Shown here: positions 43,963-52,433 of the stretch, piece by piece | How the letters are laid out: every line of letters begins with the position of its first letter | Numbering within the stretch: the stretch's first letter is position 1 | Origin: Minisyncoccia bacterium | GTDB taxonomy: Bacteria; Patescibacteriota; Minisyncoccia; Phycocordibacterales; UBA9973 | Direction: 5' to 3' | Assembly: GCA_049303835.1 (NCBI GenBank) | Contig: JBAQNN010000002.1 | Coordinates: 94,492 to 158,491 of the forward strand | DNA length: 64,000 nucleotides | The notes under the pieces: generated by a model | What the model saw: the letters and a program-made list of their open reading frames with translations, nothing else | Databases searched by the model: none | What the model was told of the DNA's origin: nothing | Position numbers and translations under genes: made by a program

Positions 43963-45990
43963 TTATAAGTAAATCGTTTTTATTCCGCTAGTTTCGCCTT
44001 CTTTTTCTAATAAATCTGCTGGGATGTCGGAAATAAATTCCGAAGGAGCGTTTATTTGGCGTGAGCCGAAAATGGTGCGGAAATTTGCAAAGGATAAAAA
44101 TAATTTTTCTTTCGCGCGAGTAAGGGCTACATAAAATAGTCGGCGTTCCTCTTCTCTATCCTCGCCTGTTTGTCTCTCGTTCTGTCTTTCGTGCGGAAAG
44201 AGTCCGTCTTCCAGCCCTGTGACAAAAACGTATTTAAACTCAAGGCCCTTTGAAGCATGGACAGTCATGAGTTTGACGGCATTTATCGTTTCTTTTTTTT
44301 CTGTTTGGATCATTAACGAATCTTGGTCACTCGCCAGAGCTCCATCTTCTAAAAGCTTTTCTATGCCTGCACCGTTTTCTAAATTATCGTATTTCAAAGC
44401 CAAGGTAGCAAGCTCTTTGATGTTTTCCAGTCTTTCTATGTCCTCCTCTCCCCCACCCAAAAGCTCTTGTTCAATGCCGGATTTTTTGACCACAAACTTT
44501 ATCACTTCACTCGCTTTGGCGGTTTTTATTTTTTCTTTTATTTCTTCCAGAATTTGATAAAAATTGTTTATTTTCACTCTGACTTTTATTGGTAGCCCCC
44601 CGATTTCATTAGCAAAAATTTTTACTAAAGTGACCTTACCTATTCCTCGCGCCGGGAAATTGATAATTCTTTTTATATCCGAGAGGCTGTCAGGGTTTAA
44701 GGCGGCACGTAAATATGCGAGGGTGTCTTTGATTTCTTTTCTTTCAAAAAACTTTACTCCGAGGACCTGATAAGGAATATTGTAGCGGAGCATCGCTTCT
44801 TCCAGTGCGCGGGATTGAAAGTTTGCGCGATACAAGACCGCAATCTCTGAGTGTGAGCCTAGAGAAGAATGTTGATCCATAATTTCTAAAATTTTTGTCG
44901 CCACAAACTCTGCTTCGTCGGTTTCATCCAACGCTTCGTAGAGTCCTATTTTATCGCCCACTACATTTTCAGTAAATAAATTTTTATCCGGGCGGTATTT
45001 GTTTTTTTTGATTATCTCATTGGCCGCTTCCAAAATATTCTTTGTAGAACGATAATTTTGTTCTAGTAAGATTATTTTTGCATTCGGATAATCTTTTTCA
45101 AAACTCAAAATATTTTTTAAATTTGCTCCGCGCCAGGAATAAATATTCTGATCCGCATCTCCCACTACGCAGATATTTTTGTTGTTTTCGGAAAGCAGTT
45201 TGGACATCAAATATTGCACTTCGTTGGTGTCTTGATATTCGTCTACATGGATGAAGTCCCATTTTTCTTGATAAATTTTCCTAATTTCTGCATTTTCTTT
45301 TAATAATTTTGTCGCTTTCAAAAGCAAGTCGTCAAAATCAAGCGAATTTTCCTTCATCTTTTGTTTTTCATACAAATTCCACACCTGGGCCACTATTTTC
45401 CCTAGAGTGTCACTAGCCCCTTCCGCATAATCGGATAAGTGCACGAATTTCCCCTTTTCGCGCGAGATTATATTTTTTATTTTTTTTGGATCGTATTGTT
45501 TCGGATCTATGCCAAGCTCTTTTAAGATATTTTTTATCAAAGTCGTCGCATCGCCCTCATCTAAAATTGTGAAATATTTTGTGAGTCCGAGCAATTTAGC
45601 ATTTTGTTTTATTATATAAACTCCGAGTGAGTGAAATGTAGAAACGAAAGGCGCAGAAAATACTTCTCGCCTGGGGTCGCTGTCTCCACGTGCTCGTGGA
45701 GCGCTCCCTCTCGGCTCGTCAGCCTGCGAGAGACCCCACTCAAGAAGATTTTCTGCGCCCAGGGCAGACATGATTCTCTCCCGCATTTCTTTCGCTGCTT
45801 TGTTTGTGAAAGTCACAGCCAAAATCTTCTCCGGAGCGATTCCATTTTTTATCAAATTTACGATTCTGTGGGTGATAGTCTTGGTTTTTCCTGCTCCTGC
45901 TCCGGCGACGACAAGAAGCGGACCGTCCATATGAAGCGCCGCCTCTTTTTGTTCGTTATTTAGCCCCGCCAAGTGCTCCAAATTAGTCAC
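43963..45990 (-). CDS. pcrA: ATP-dependent DNA helicase PcrA/UvrD (GTG start)
   Basis: 675 aa, motif I AGAGAGKTKT, Ia, II VDEYQDTN, TFHSLG, VHASKGLEF. Confidence 0.9.
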   Translation of the reverse strand: MTNLEHLAGLNNEQKEAALHMDGPLLVVAGAGAGKTKTITHRIVNLIKNGIAPEKILAVTFTNKAAKEMRERIMSALGAENLLEWGLSQADEPRGSAPRARGDSDPRREVFSAPFVSTFHSLGVYIIKQNAKLLGLTKYFTILDEGDATTLIKNILKELGIDPKQYDPKKIKNIISREKGKFVHLSDYAEGASDTLGKIVAQVWNLYEKQKMKENSLDFDDLLLKATKLLKENAEIRKIYQEKWDFIHVDEYQDTNEVQYLMSKLLSENNKNICVVGDADQNIYSWRGANLKNILSFEKDYPNAKIILLEQNYRSTKNILEAANEIIKKNKYRPDKNLFTENVVGDKIGLYEALDETDEAEFVATKILEIMDQHSSLGSHSEIAVLYRANFQSRALEEAMLRYNIPYQVLGVKFFERKEIKDTLAYLRAALNPDSLSDIKRIINFPARGIGKVTLVKIFANEIGGLPIKVRVKINNFYQILEEIKEKIKTAKASEVIKFVVKKSGIEQELLGGGEEDIERLENIKELATLALKYDNLENGAGIEKLLEDGALASDQDSLMIQTEKKETINAVKLMTVHASKGLEFKYVFVTGLEDGLFPHERQNERQTGEDREEERRLFYVALTRAKEKLFLSFANFRTIFGSRQINAPSEFISDIPADLLEKEGETSGIKTIYL
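45650..45759. repeat. in-frame GC-rich hairpin insertion inside pcrA (about 29 extra codons between motif Ia region and TFHS)
   Basis: 12-nt perfect terminal inverted repeat GGCGCAGAAAAT / ATTTTCTGCGCC, extended by CTTCT/AGAAG and TGGGGTC/GACCCCA. Hairpin CTCCACG-TGCT-CGTGGAG (45684-45701) and hairpin GGCT-CGTC-AGCC (45713-45724). Confidence 0.75.
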
Positions 45991-45996
45991 TTATCA

Positions 45997-46005
45997 AATA
46001 TAACA
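45997..46005 (-). promoter_or_regulatory. extended -10 (TGTTATATT on minus strand) 6 nt upstream of pcrA GTG
   Basis: Read directly. Confidence 0.4.
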
Positions 46006-46010
46006 CAGAT

Positions 46011-46316
46011 TTAGTTTCCTATTTGATTCATTATTCCGGAAGCTTTATCTTTAAATTTTAAAGCCTCTTCTTCTATTATTTTTTCAAAGTCTTTTACTTT
46101 TTCTTTTAAAAACATAAAAATATCTTCCGGCCCCGCATTTCTGTCTAGAAGTTTTTCAAATTCATCTTGATCTTCTTCTTTCATCACTTCCATCACGCGC
46201 ATTAGAACGTTTTGATAAATCAAAGCCCCGACACGAAGGATAATTTCTTGACGTTCTTCTGGCGGAAGATTCTCTAGTTCAAGCACACTGCTGATATTTT
46301 TTTGAATTGGGTTCAT
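46011..46316 (-). CDS. small acidic hypothetical protein
   Basis: 101 aa, helical, no motif recognised. Confidence 0.5.
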   Translation of the reverse strand: MNPIQKNISSVLELENLPPEERQEIILRVGALIYQNVLMRVMEVMKEEDQDEFEKLLDRNAGPEDIFMFLKEKVKDFEKIIEEEALKFKDKASGIMNQIGN

Positions 46317-46341
46317 AATTTTTTGTTATTAGTGATAAAAA

Positions 46342-48669
46342 CTACTCTTTAATTTTTAATTGGTCTAATTTTCCAATCTCCGCTGCTTTTTGTAATGCCC
46401 GCGCCATATACTCTCCGTTTGTTTCAGCCCTGAGGTGGAGAGAGGCCAAACCTCTTGGTTTGATGCCCGTGATTGTGGCGAGTTTATTAAGATAAATTAA
46501 TTTAGGATCGGAATCTTCACCTATCTTACCAAAATGAACCCAGTTTTTAGCCTTTAAATTACTGAAGCTTTCCCATTCGTCTCTGTCTTTAAATATATGT
46601 TCTACGTTGTGTCCGTGAACTTTCAAAGCCCGAACCAAAGTTTCTCCATCTAGATGAAAAGGGTTGTTTGCAAACTCTGGATGATGATTCAAAAAGTCAT
46701 TCTCGTCTGGAGAAAGTCCTGGGAAGTAGTACTGTGGGCCACCCATATTCATACCAGGGAATCTAGAATCATAATAATAATTTGTTCCACCTGGTCCGCG
46801 TCCTGGTTCTACCGCTCCTCCGACGCCTATCCTTGTGCCTGTCCTGATTGTGTTGTTTGGTGTGCTCATTTTTTCTAGTACTTTTGCCCTGGTGGCTTCA
46901 ACGTCAGTATGCGTATCTACACGAGATACTTCTACTTTTTCTGGAAAATTTTCCGTTTCAAATTTGTGTACTGGAGGGTAGGCTTTGTCTCCCAAGTGAA
47001 AAGATTCTGGCGTTTCAGAGTATGGGTTTCCTTTAATATTAAAAGGTGAACTTGTGGTCTCGGGATGAGAAGCTGAAGCTACTGTCTCAACTGTGGGTGA
47101 CTTCGGATGTTTATATTCGTATTTTTCTGTGTCTTCCTCAAATTGTGACCCAGAACCATGTTCTTCTACCAGTCCACTTCCGACTTTTAGTTCATCAACT
47201 TTTAATTCTCCATTTTCTAATTTAAGCTGATATGCCACTTCATTTGCCGGCCTTACCCATATCTCTTCACCCGTAACCTTATCTACGTAACCATGTTCTA
47301 AGGCGACTCTGTGCGCTGCTCCACCAGAAAATTCGTACAAAGCTTTTGTGTCATTCACATCTCCTTTAAAACCTAGGCTCTTTGCGAGCTCTGTATTTTC
47401 CACTATTTGTCTTCTAAACGCGTGTTCTATTCCTTCCCCTTTTTGTATAATTGCTGTCTCGTCTGGTTTGATAGTTTCTGTTGCGCCAGTCGTGGCGGAT
47501 TCAGTCTTTATGCTTTCCGGTGTTTCGGTGTCAATTTCTGTTTTTAGATGTCCGGGCTTTGTTTCAGGAGTATCCAAGTGACCAGCGGAGGGATGTAATA
47601 TTTGACCCATTCCATAACCTGTTCCTATTGATGCCGCTCCGCCGACTACCATACTAGCCATAGCTTTTCCTATTAATCTGTTTCTTTTGCTTTTTTGTTC
47701 CTTCTCTAATATGTCAGCGTAAGTTTTTTTAACTTCAGATAAATTTCCTTCTCCAAAGAACTCTGCCAGCTTTTGTTTTGCGAGTTCTCTTTCTTCTTCT
47801 GATTTGTCTTTAAAAATTAAATCATAAAGTTTTGCTGTTCCTTGTCCGGCACCTAGCCCGACGAACGTACGTGTTGTTTTTATACCTAAATAAGCAAGAC
47901 TTCCTCCAGCTGCGGCTACTGAGCTAGGTAAAACTGTAAAAGCAAATCCCGCTGATAATGCGAAAGACATAGCAATTTTTGTGGGTCTTTTTTGCACCAT
48001 ATACCAATCCAAAAGTTTTTTTGCTAGATTTTTTTCTTTTGGTGGCAGATTTTCTGCTTTTAAAGCATTTAGTTTTGTTTGCTCATCAATTATAACTTTA
48101 GTGAAAATTTCATTTTTTGTCTTTTTTGCTGAGAACATTGCGTTTCCGTATTCTACTGTAGCTTTTTCGTATTCTTTTTCTAACTCTTTTAACTCCGGAG
48201 GAATTTCAGAGTCTTCTATTTTCGCTCCGAAAATAAATCTTTTAGCACGAGTAAATTTTTCAGCTCCGGCCAAAAACTTCTTGTATTCTTCCGCATATTT
48301 TGCTCTAGCATCATCTAGTCTTTTTTCTACATCTAATATTGGGGTGGGTGCTACTTCTGTTGGGGTAATTTTTAAACCTTCTTTTTTCTCCCGGATTGTA
48401 TCTTTTAAGACGCTTATTTTATTATCAACAGTTTCTTTTGCGGAGGAGAAAACTTCAGTTAGATCAGAAAAAGACTCAAATTTTGATGATTGGACGTTCA
48501 TTTCTTCCACTATTTTTTTTACCTCTTCCGTACCGGCACCTCTGGTCAAAGCCTCATTCATTTGATCTAAAACATATAGGTAGTGTCTCGTTACGTCATC
48601 AAACTCAATCAGCCTTTTAATAAGTAAGTCCTTATCTTCCCCGACCCCCGCACTTGTTTCTTGTTTCAT
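46342..48669 (-). CDS. large hypothetical protein with central TM segments
   Basis: 775 aa: coiled-coil N-terminal part, 2-3 TM helices around aa 225-350, unknown C-terminal domain. Confidence 0.55.
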   Translation of the reverse strand: MKQETSAGVGEDKDLLIKRLIEFDDVTRHYLYVLDQMNEALTRGAGTEEVKKIVEEMNVQSSKFESFSDLTEVFSSAKETVDNKISVLKDTIREKKEGLKITPTEVAPTPILDVEKRLDDARAKYAEEYKKFLAGAEKFTRAKRFIFGAKIEDSEIPPELKELEKEYEKATVEYGNAMFSAKKTKNEIFTKVIIDEQTKLNALKAENLPPKEKNLAKKLLDWYMVQKRPTKIAMSFALSAGFAFTVLPSSVAAAGGSLAYLGIKTTRTFVGLGAGQGTAKLYDLIFKDKSEEERELAKQKLAEFFGEGNLSEVKKTYADILEKEQKSKRNRLIGKAMASMVVGGAASIGTGYGMGQILHPSAGHLDTPETKPGHLKTEIDTETPESIKTESATTGATETIKPDETAIIQKGEGIEHAFRRQIVENTELAKSLGFKGDVNDTKALYEFSGGAAHRVALEHGYVDKVTGEEIWVRPANEVAYQLKLENGELKVDELKVGSGLVEEHGSGSQFEEDTEKYEYKHPKSPTVETVASASHPETTSSPFNIKGNPYSETPESFHLGDKAYPPVHKFETENFPEKVEVSRVDTHTDVEATRAKVLEKMSTPNNTIRTGTRIGVGGAVEPGRGPGGTNYYYDSRFPGMNMGGPQYYFPGLSPDENDFLNHHPEFANNPFHLDGETLVRALKVHGHNVEHIFKDRDEWESFSNLKAKNWVHFGKIGEDSDPKLIYLNKLATITGIKPRGLASLHLRAETNGEYMARALQKAAEIGKLDQLKIKE

Positions 48670-48779
48670 ATGTCTTCATATTATATGACTTTTAATTTTT
48701 TTAGACCAATTTTTACTCAAAAAGCTACCAAAATTATTCAGTTTAGTAGCTTTTTTGTCAAATTTTAACCCCCAAATAG

Positions 48780-48788
48780 TTATCCACA
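48780..48788 (+). promoter_or_regulatory. perfect DnaA box (extended TAGTTATCCACA)
   Basis: Read directly. Intergenic. Confidence 0.5.
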
Positions 48789-49043
48789 GACCCCCCTTGT
48801 CGGATTGACTTTTGACCCTTTTTGAGCTATTCTATATCTCGTAGTCCTGGAGAGAAGTTGGGCGCGAACTGGCTGTAAGACAGAAGAGATTGTAACCATC
48901 GTGAGAACCTTTGTTTACAGAACCTATTGGTCGTCCTGTAATTCTACCCTTATTCTAAAAGGCTAGAAAAGGAAATCTCGCGAAATTTAGTTTGTTTTAT
49001 AAAACCTACAAAAAAAACAGTTAGTAAAATATTAAGGTCTATC

Positions 49044-50159
49044 TTGACGTCCTCCCTGCTATTTGGGGCCCTTTTTGTGCCTACTCGGGGGGTAGAGGCT
49101 GGAATCCTTTCCTCCCTCTCTTCTATGTTTGTGGGGGATCCAGTGTATGCACAATCTGATCCAAATATAATAAAGCCACCCCAGCCAGGCAGTAATTCTC
49201 AGAATATTGCTCTCTTGCAAGCCAACGTCTCTTCTGCCTCTGTTTTGGAAGATAAAAGTATTAATAAAGATGAGGTTTTAGATATGATAACAATAGACAC
49301 CACAAACAGTATTATTTCTGATAATGCTCTTTTGCCATCTCTGGCCGGCTTTGTCGGGGCTGATGGCATGGATGCAAATACAGATGTTTCTTTTGAAGAT
49401 ATCAGTGTTTATGTAGTAAGAAAGGGTGATTCCTTGTCCCAAATAGCTGATATGTTTGAAGTTTCTGTAAATACCATACTTTGGGCCAATGATATGAAAA
49501 AAGGCGATAAATTAGTAGAGGGAGACACACTTTTTATATTACCCGTCTCTGGACTAAAACATGTTGTAACTAAAGGACAAACCCTGAAGAGTATCGCCCA
49601 GAAATACAATGCGGATATTGGGGATATAGTCAGTTTCAATGGAATTACAGAGGATACTAAATTGGTAATTGGAGATGAATTGATCATTCCAGGCGGAGAA
49701 ATGTCTGTGGATGGGCCAGTCAAAACGACCACCGCGAAAGGTGTTGTGGCTACTGCCAAGACTTCACTGAAGAGTATTGCAGGGTACTTTATAAATCCGG
49801 TTCTAGGGGCCATCAAAACCCAAGGACTACACGGCAAAAATGCTGTTGACCTGGCTGCTCCGATAGGTACGCCGATACGTGCGGCAGCTTCCGGGACAGT
49901 TCTTCTTGCTCGTATGGGATGGAATGGAGCTTACGGAAACATGGTCATCATTCAACACCCAAATGGTACTAAAACTCTTTACAGTCATTTATCCAAGATT
50001 GCAAGCACGACAGGACAAAGTGTTTCTCAGGGAGACACTATCGGCTATGTCGGGAATTCAGGAAGAGTCAGAGCGGCCAAAGGAGGAAATGGTGCGCACT
50101 TGCACTTTGAAGTTTATAACGCCAAAAATCCCGGGGCTGATCGCTCCTGGAAGCAATAA
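49044..50159 (+). CDS. secreted LysM-LysM-M23 peptidoglycan endopeptidase (TTG start)
   Basis: 371 aa, two LysM repeats (YVVRKGDSLSQIA..., HVVTKGQTLKSIA...). M23 motifs HGKNAVDLAAPIGTPI and GAHLHFEV. Confidence 0.85.
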   Translation: MTSSLLFGALFVPTRGVEAGILSSLSSMFVGDPVYAQSDPNIIKPPQPGSNSQNIALLQANVSSASVLEDKSINKDEVLDMITIDTTNSIISDNALLPSLAGFVGADGMDANTDVSFEDISVYVVRKGDSLSQIADMFEVSVNTILWANDMKKGDKLVEGDTLFILPVSGLKHVVTKGQTLKSIAQKYNADIGDIVSFNGITEDTKLVIGDELIIPGGEMSVDGPVKTTTAKGVVATAKTSLKSIAGYFINPVLGAIKTQGLHGKNAVDLAAPIGTPIRAAASGTVLLARMGWNGAYGNMVIIQHPNGTKTLYSHLSKIASTTGQSVSQGDTIGYVGNSGRVRAAKGGNGAHLHFEVYNAKNPGADRSWKQ

Positions 50160-50166
50160 AAGATTT

Positions 50167-50919
50167 TTATTCTAAATACAAAAGCGCAGTCATTGCGAGA
50201 ACTCCGATGATGACAGCTACTATCTGCAAAGCTGAATGCTCTGCTTTTTTTGTTTTATGAAGTTCTGGAATCAAATCTGCCACAGCTACATAGATAAATC
50301 CACCGGCGGCAATTGGCAGAATCCACAAACTGAAAGCCTCTCCTGCTTCTCCTAAAACAAAAGCCAAAATCATTCCCAAGATGGCGCAAAGTCCAGAAAG
50401 AAAATTAAGAAAGAGTGCACGTGATTTGGTGTAGCCAGAATGAAGCAACACAGCAAAGTCCCCTATCTCTTGCGGAATCTCGTGCAAGATCACTGCAATG
50501 GTAGTAGCTATACCCACTGGTACGCTTACAAGGAAACTAATTCCAATGATGATGCCGTCTATAAAATTGTGAACCCCGTCAGAAAAAAGAATGAGCTTTC
50601 CTACCGGATGAATTTCTTCCGTATCTTCGCCGTGGTGGTGCCAGTGGAGAAATTTTTCCAAGATAAAAAATATTAAGACCCCGACGATTACGAGGATACT
50701 CACGTGGGTGGCGTTGGCGATATGTTCAAAGGCTTCCGGAATGAGATGAATAAAAGCATCTCCTAGAAGTGCGCCGACGGCCAGGGAAATAAAAACAAAA
50801 ATATATTTTCGCAAGAGATCTTCTCTGATTGAAAGTGCAAAAACTCCAATCAAGGAAATTAAGCTCACTATCACCACACTGACAAAAGAATAAATGTATG
50901 TGCTTATCATGCTATTCAT
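50167..50919 (-). CDS. ZIP-family divalent metal transporter (ZupT-like)
   Basis: 250 aa, 8 TM helices, HNFIDGIIIG and HEIPQEIGDF motifs. Confidence 0.85.
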   Translation of the reverse strand: MNSMISTYIYSFVSVVIVSLISLIGVFALSIREDLLRKYIFVFISLAVGALLGDAFIHLIPEAFEHIANATHVSILVIVGVLIFFILEKFLHWHHHGEDTEEIHPVGKLILFSDGVHNFIDGIIIGISFLVSVPVGIATTIAVILHEIPQEIGDFAVLLHSGYTKSRALFLNFLSGLCAILGMILAFVLGEAGEAFSLWILPIAAGGFIYVAVADLIPELHKTKKAEHSALQIVAVIIGVLAMTALLYLE

Positions 50920-50968
50920 CGTATATTAAATAAAAATAGTTTGCAAAAAAATTAAGAGAAATTAGAAA

Positions 50969-51002
50969 GGGGCGGGGTGTCGATTTCTCGACTCCCCGCC
51001 CC
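50969..51002 (-). terminator. GC-rich rho-independent terminator of the small GC-rich ORF
   Basis: GGGGCGGGGtGTCGA-tttc-TCGACtCCCCGCCCC. In minus-strand sense it is followed by a U-rich tract (CTTTCTAATTTCTCTTAATTTTTTTT). Confidence 0.7.
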
Positions 51003-51026
51003 GATGGGTGGCTGTGGCGTGTCAGA

Positions 51027-51188
51027 TCAGAAGAGCTTCTTGACGATCTCCCTGAAGCTCTCCAGGTTGGAGAGCGCGAGAAGGGTCGCGACGACGATGG
51101 TGAGCACCCCGAGCGAGATGCCCAGCATGGTCTTGGTGGGGTTTCGCTTCGGTGAAGGGTTGTCTTCATCCAGTCCGAGCATGGTCAT
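51027..51188 (-). CDS. 53-aa single-pass membrane protein encoded by a ~58% GC ORF (compositionally foreign)
   Basis: Own translation: MTMLGLDEDNPSPKRNPTKTMLGISLGVLTIVVATLLALSNLESFREIVKKLF. SD AAAGGAG lies 6 nt upstream, with its own promoter and terminator. It is below the track cutoff; the track shows only two long out-of-frame ORFs here. Confidence 0.55.
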   Translation of the reverse strand: MTMLGLDEDNPSPKRNPTKTMLGISLGVLTIVVATLLALSNLESFREIVKKLF

Positions 51189-51210
51189 GTTTTTCTCCTT
51201 TCCGAATTTG

Positions 51211-51238
51211 ATACTACAATAAAGACGCCTTTTGTCAA
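51211..51238 (-). promoter_or_regulatory. sigma70-like promoter (TTGACA, 16 nt, TAGTAT on minus strand) of the GC-rich small ORF
   Basis: Read from the reverse complement: ccTTGACAaaaggcgtctttattgTAGTATc. Confidence 0.45.
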
Positions 51239-51252
51239 GGATAGATTTTTTG

Positions 51253-51323
51253 TGCGGGATGGGAGAATCGAACTCCCAACCTCAGTTTGGAAAACTGACG
51301 TTTTACCATTAAACTAATCCCGC
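51253..51323 (-). tRNA. tRNA-Gly (anticodon UCC), no encoded CCA
   Basis: Hand-folded: acceptor GCGGGAT/ATCCCGC, anticodon arm TCAGT-TTTCCAA-ACTGA, T arm GGGAG-TTCGATT-CTCCC. Confidence 0.9.
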
Positions 51324-51377
51324 ATCTGTCTTCTAACTATATCTTTTATTTTATATTTTTTCAACCAAACTTCAGTA

Positions 51378-52307
51378 TTATTTATTTACTATAAATTCCA
51401 CCAGAACGAAAATCAGCCAGAAAATAAATAGTAGATATCCTTCTTTTTTTGAAATGGTACGGCCCGAGCGCATAAACCGAAACAAAATAAAAGAAGCTAC
51501 CACCATAAATATTCCGGTTACATAAATTATTTTTTGAGGAAAGAAAAATGGTCTTACCAATGCGAGGATTCCGACGACGATAGTCGCGTCCGCCAATACT
51601 GTTCCTAGCAAGTCCCCGACTGCCAGAGAATCATCATTTTTACGTAGAGACTTTAAAGAAAAGAAAAATTCCGGCATAGTGGTTCCCAGTCCTACGATAA
51701 ACATTCCTACTAGTATCGGACTTATTCCCAAATAATAAGCGAGAGAGGATGCCGAAGATACTGTAAAATGAGAACCAATCAACAAGATAGACATGCTAAA
51801 TATTAGCATTAATGAATTTTTACGGTAATTATTTGTTTTGTCTGAAGGAGTCTCTCCGTCAATTCCATTTTTTAAAGCTAAATAGTAAAATATTCCTCCA
51901 GTAATGATGAGCGTCAGGCCCTCAATGCGGGAAAAATATCCGTCTAAACCCAATATGAGTGGCAACAAAAGTAAAAATGGATAGACATTGTAATTTTTGA
52001 GAATTTTACTTTCAATTTTTAATCCCCTTCCGGTTAGTAAAATTAATAGAGCAAAAATCAAAGTTAGGTCCGCCACATTTGAACCAAAAAGTACGCCGAG
52101 ACCGAAAGACGGTATTCCTTCTAGTGCAGAATTTATGGCTATAAAAGTCTCAGGTAGAATTGAGATGATAGCGATGATGATAAACCCTACCGTGTATTTA
52201 GAGAGTCTAAAACTCTCTGCTAATTGTGCAGCGTACCTGGTAGCCATAGTCGCACCTTTTATAACCATAAAAAGGGCTACCGTGAAAATAAAGATATTGT
52301 TAAGCAT
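51378..52307 (-). CDS. Ca2+/Na+ antiporter (CaCA/YrbG family)
   Basis: Two alpha-repeat regions (GLGVLFGSNVADL, GDLLGTVLADAT), about 10 TM helices. The track start at 52376 overlaps tRNA-Pro, so I use the internal ATG MLNNIFIF at 52307. Confidence 0.8.
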   Translation of the reverse strand: MLNNIFIFTVALFMVIKGATMATRYAAQLAESFRLSKYTVGFIIIAIISILPETFIAINSALEGIPSFGLGVLFGSNVADLTLIFALLILLTGRGLKIESKILKNYNVYPFLLLLPLILGLDGYFSRIEGLTLIITGGIFYYLALKNGIDGETPSDKTNNYRKNSLMLIFSMSILLIGSHFTVSSASSLAYYLGISPILVGMFIVGLGTTMPEFFFSLKSLRKNDDSLAVGDLLGTVLADATIVVGILALVRPFFFPQKIIYVTGIFMVVASFILFRFMRSGRTISKKEGYLLFIFWLIFVLVEFIVNK

Positions 52308-52336
52308 AAAATTGTGCGTATTGATCCTCTCTTCGT

Positions 52337-52407
52337 TCGGGCCGCTGGGAATTGAACCCAGTCTAAATGCTCCCAAAGCACTTGTACTACCGGTATACTA
52401 CGGCCCG
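52337..52407 (-). tRNA. tRNA-Pro (anticodon UGG), no encoded CCA
   Basis: Hand-folded: acceptor CGGGCCG/CGGCCCG (C1-G72), anticodon arm AGTGC-TTTGGGA-GCATT, T arm CTGGG-TTCAATT-CCCAG. Confidence 0.9.
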
Positions 52408-52433
52408 GATTACTTAAAAACTAAATGAGTATA

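Noticed and set aside
45700-45735. A hammerhead-like CUGACGAG in the mRNA sense of the pcrA element, suggesting a self-cleaving ribozyme.
   Set aside because: The string is produced by the GACG loop and its stem. There is no matching GAAA core or three-stem geometry with a cleavage site, and the rsmA copy lacks CUGA.
48790-49043. A c-di-AMP (ydaO-type) or other riboswitch upstream of the LysM-M23 cell-wall hydrolase.
   Set aside because: The context is suggestive. However, I could not find the conserved ydaO blocks I remember (GGGGACCCA, GGGGUGAAUC, CCGAACCCG...AGCUAACC), nor any other riboswitch core.
50912-51222. Track ORFs 50912-51169 (-, 85 aa) and 50977-51222 (+, 81 aa).
   Set aside because: These are Arg/Ser/Pro-rich translations without start-site signals, typical of open frames arising by chance in GC-rich DNA. 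The frame with promoter, SD and terminator is the 53-codon ORF at 51027-51188.
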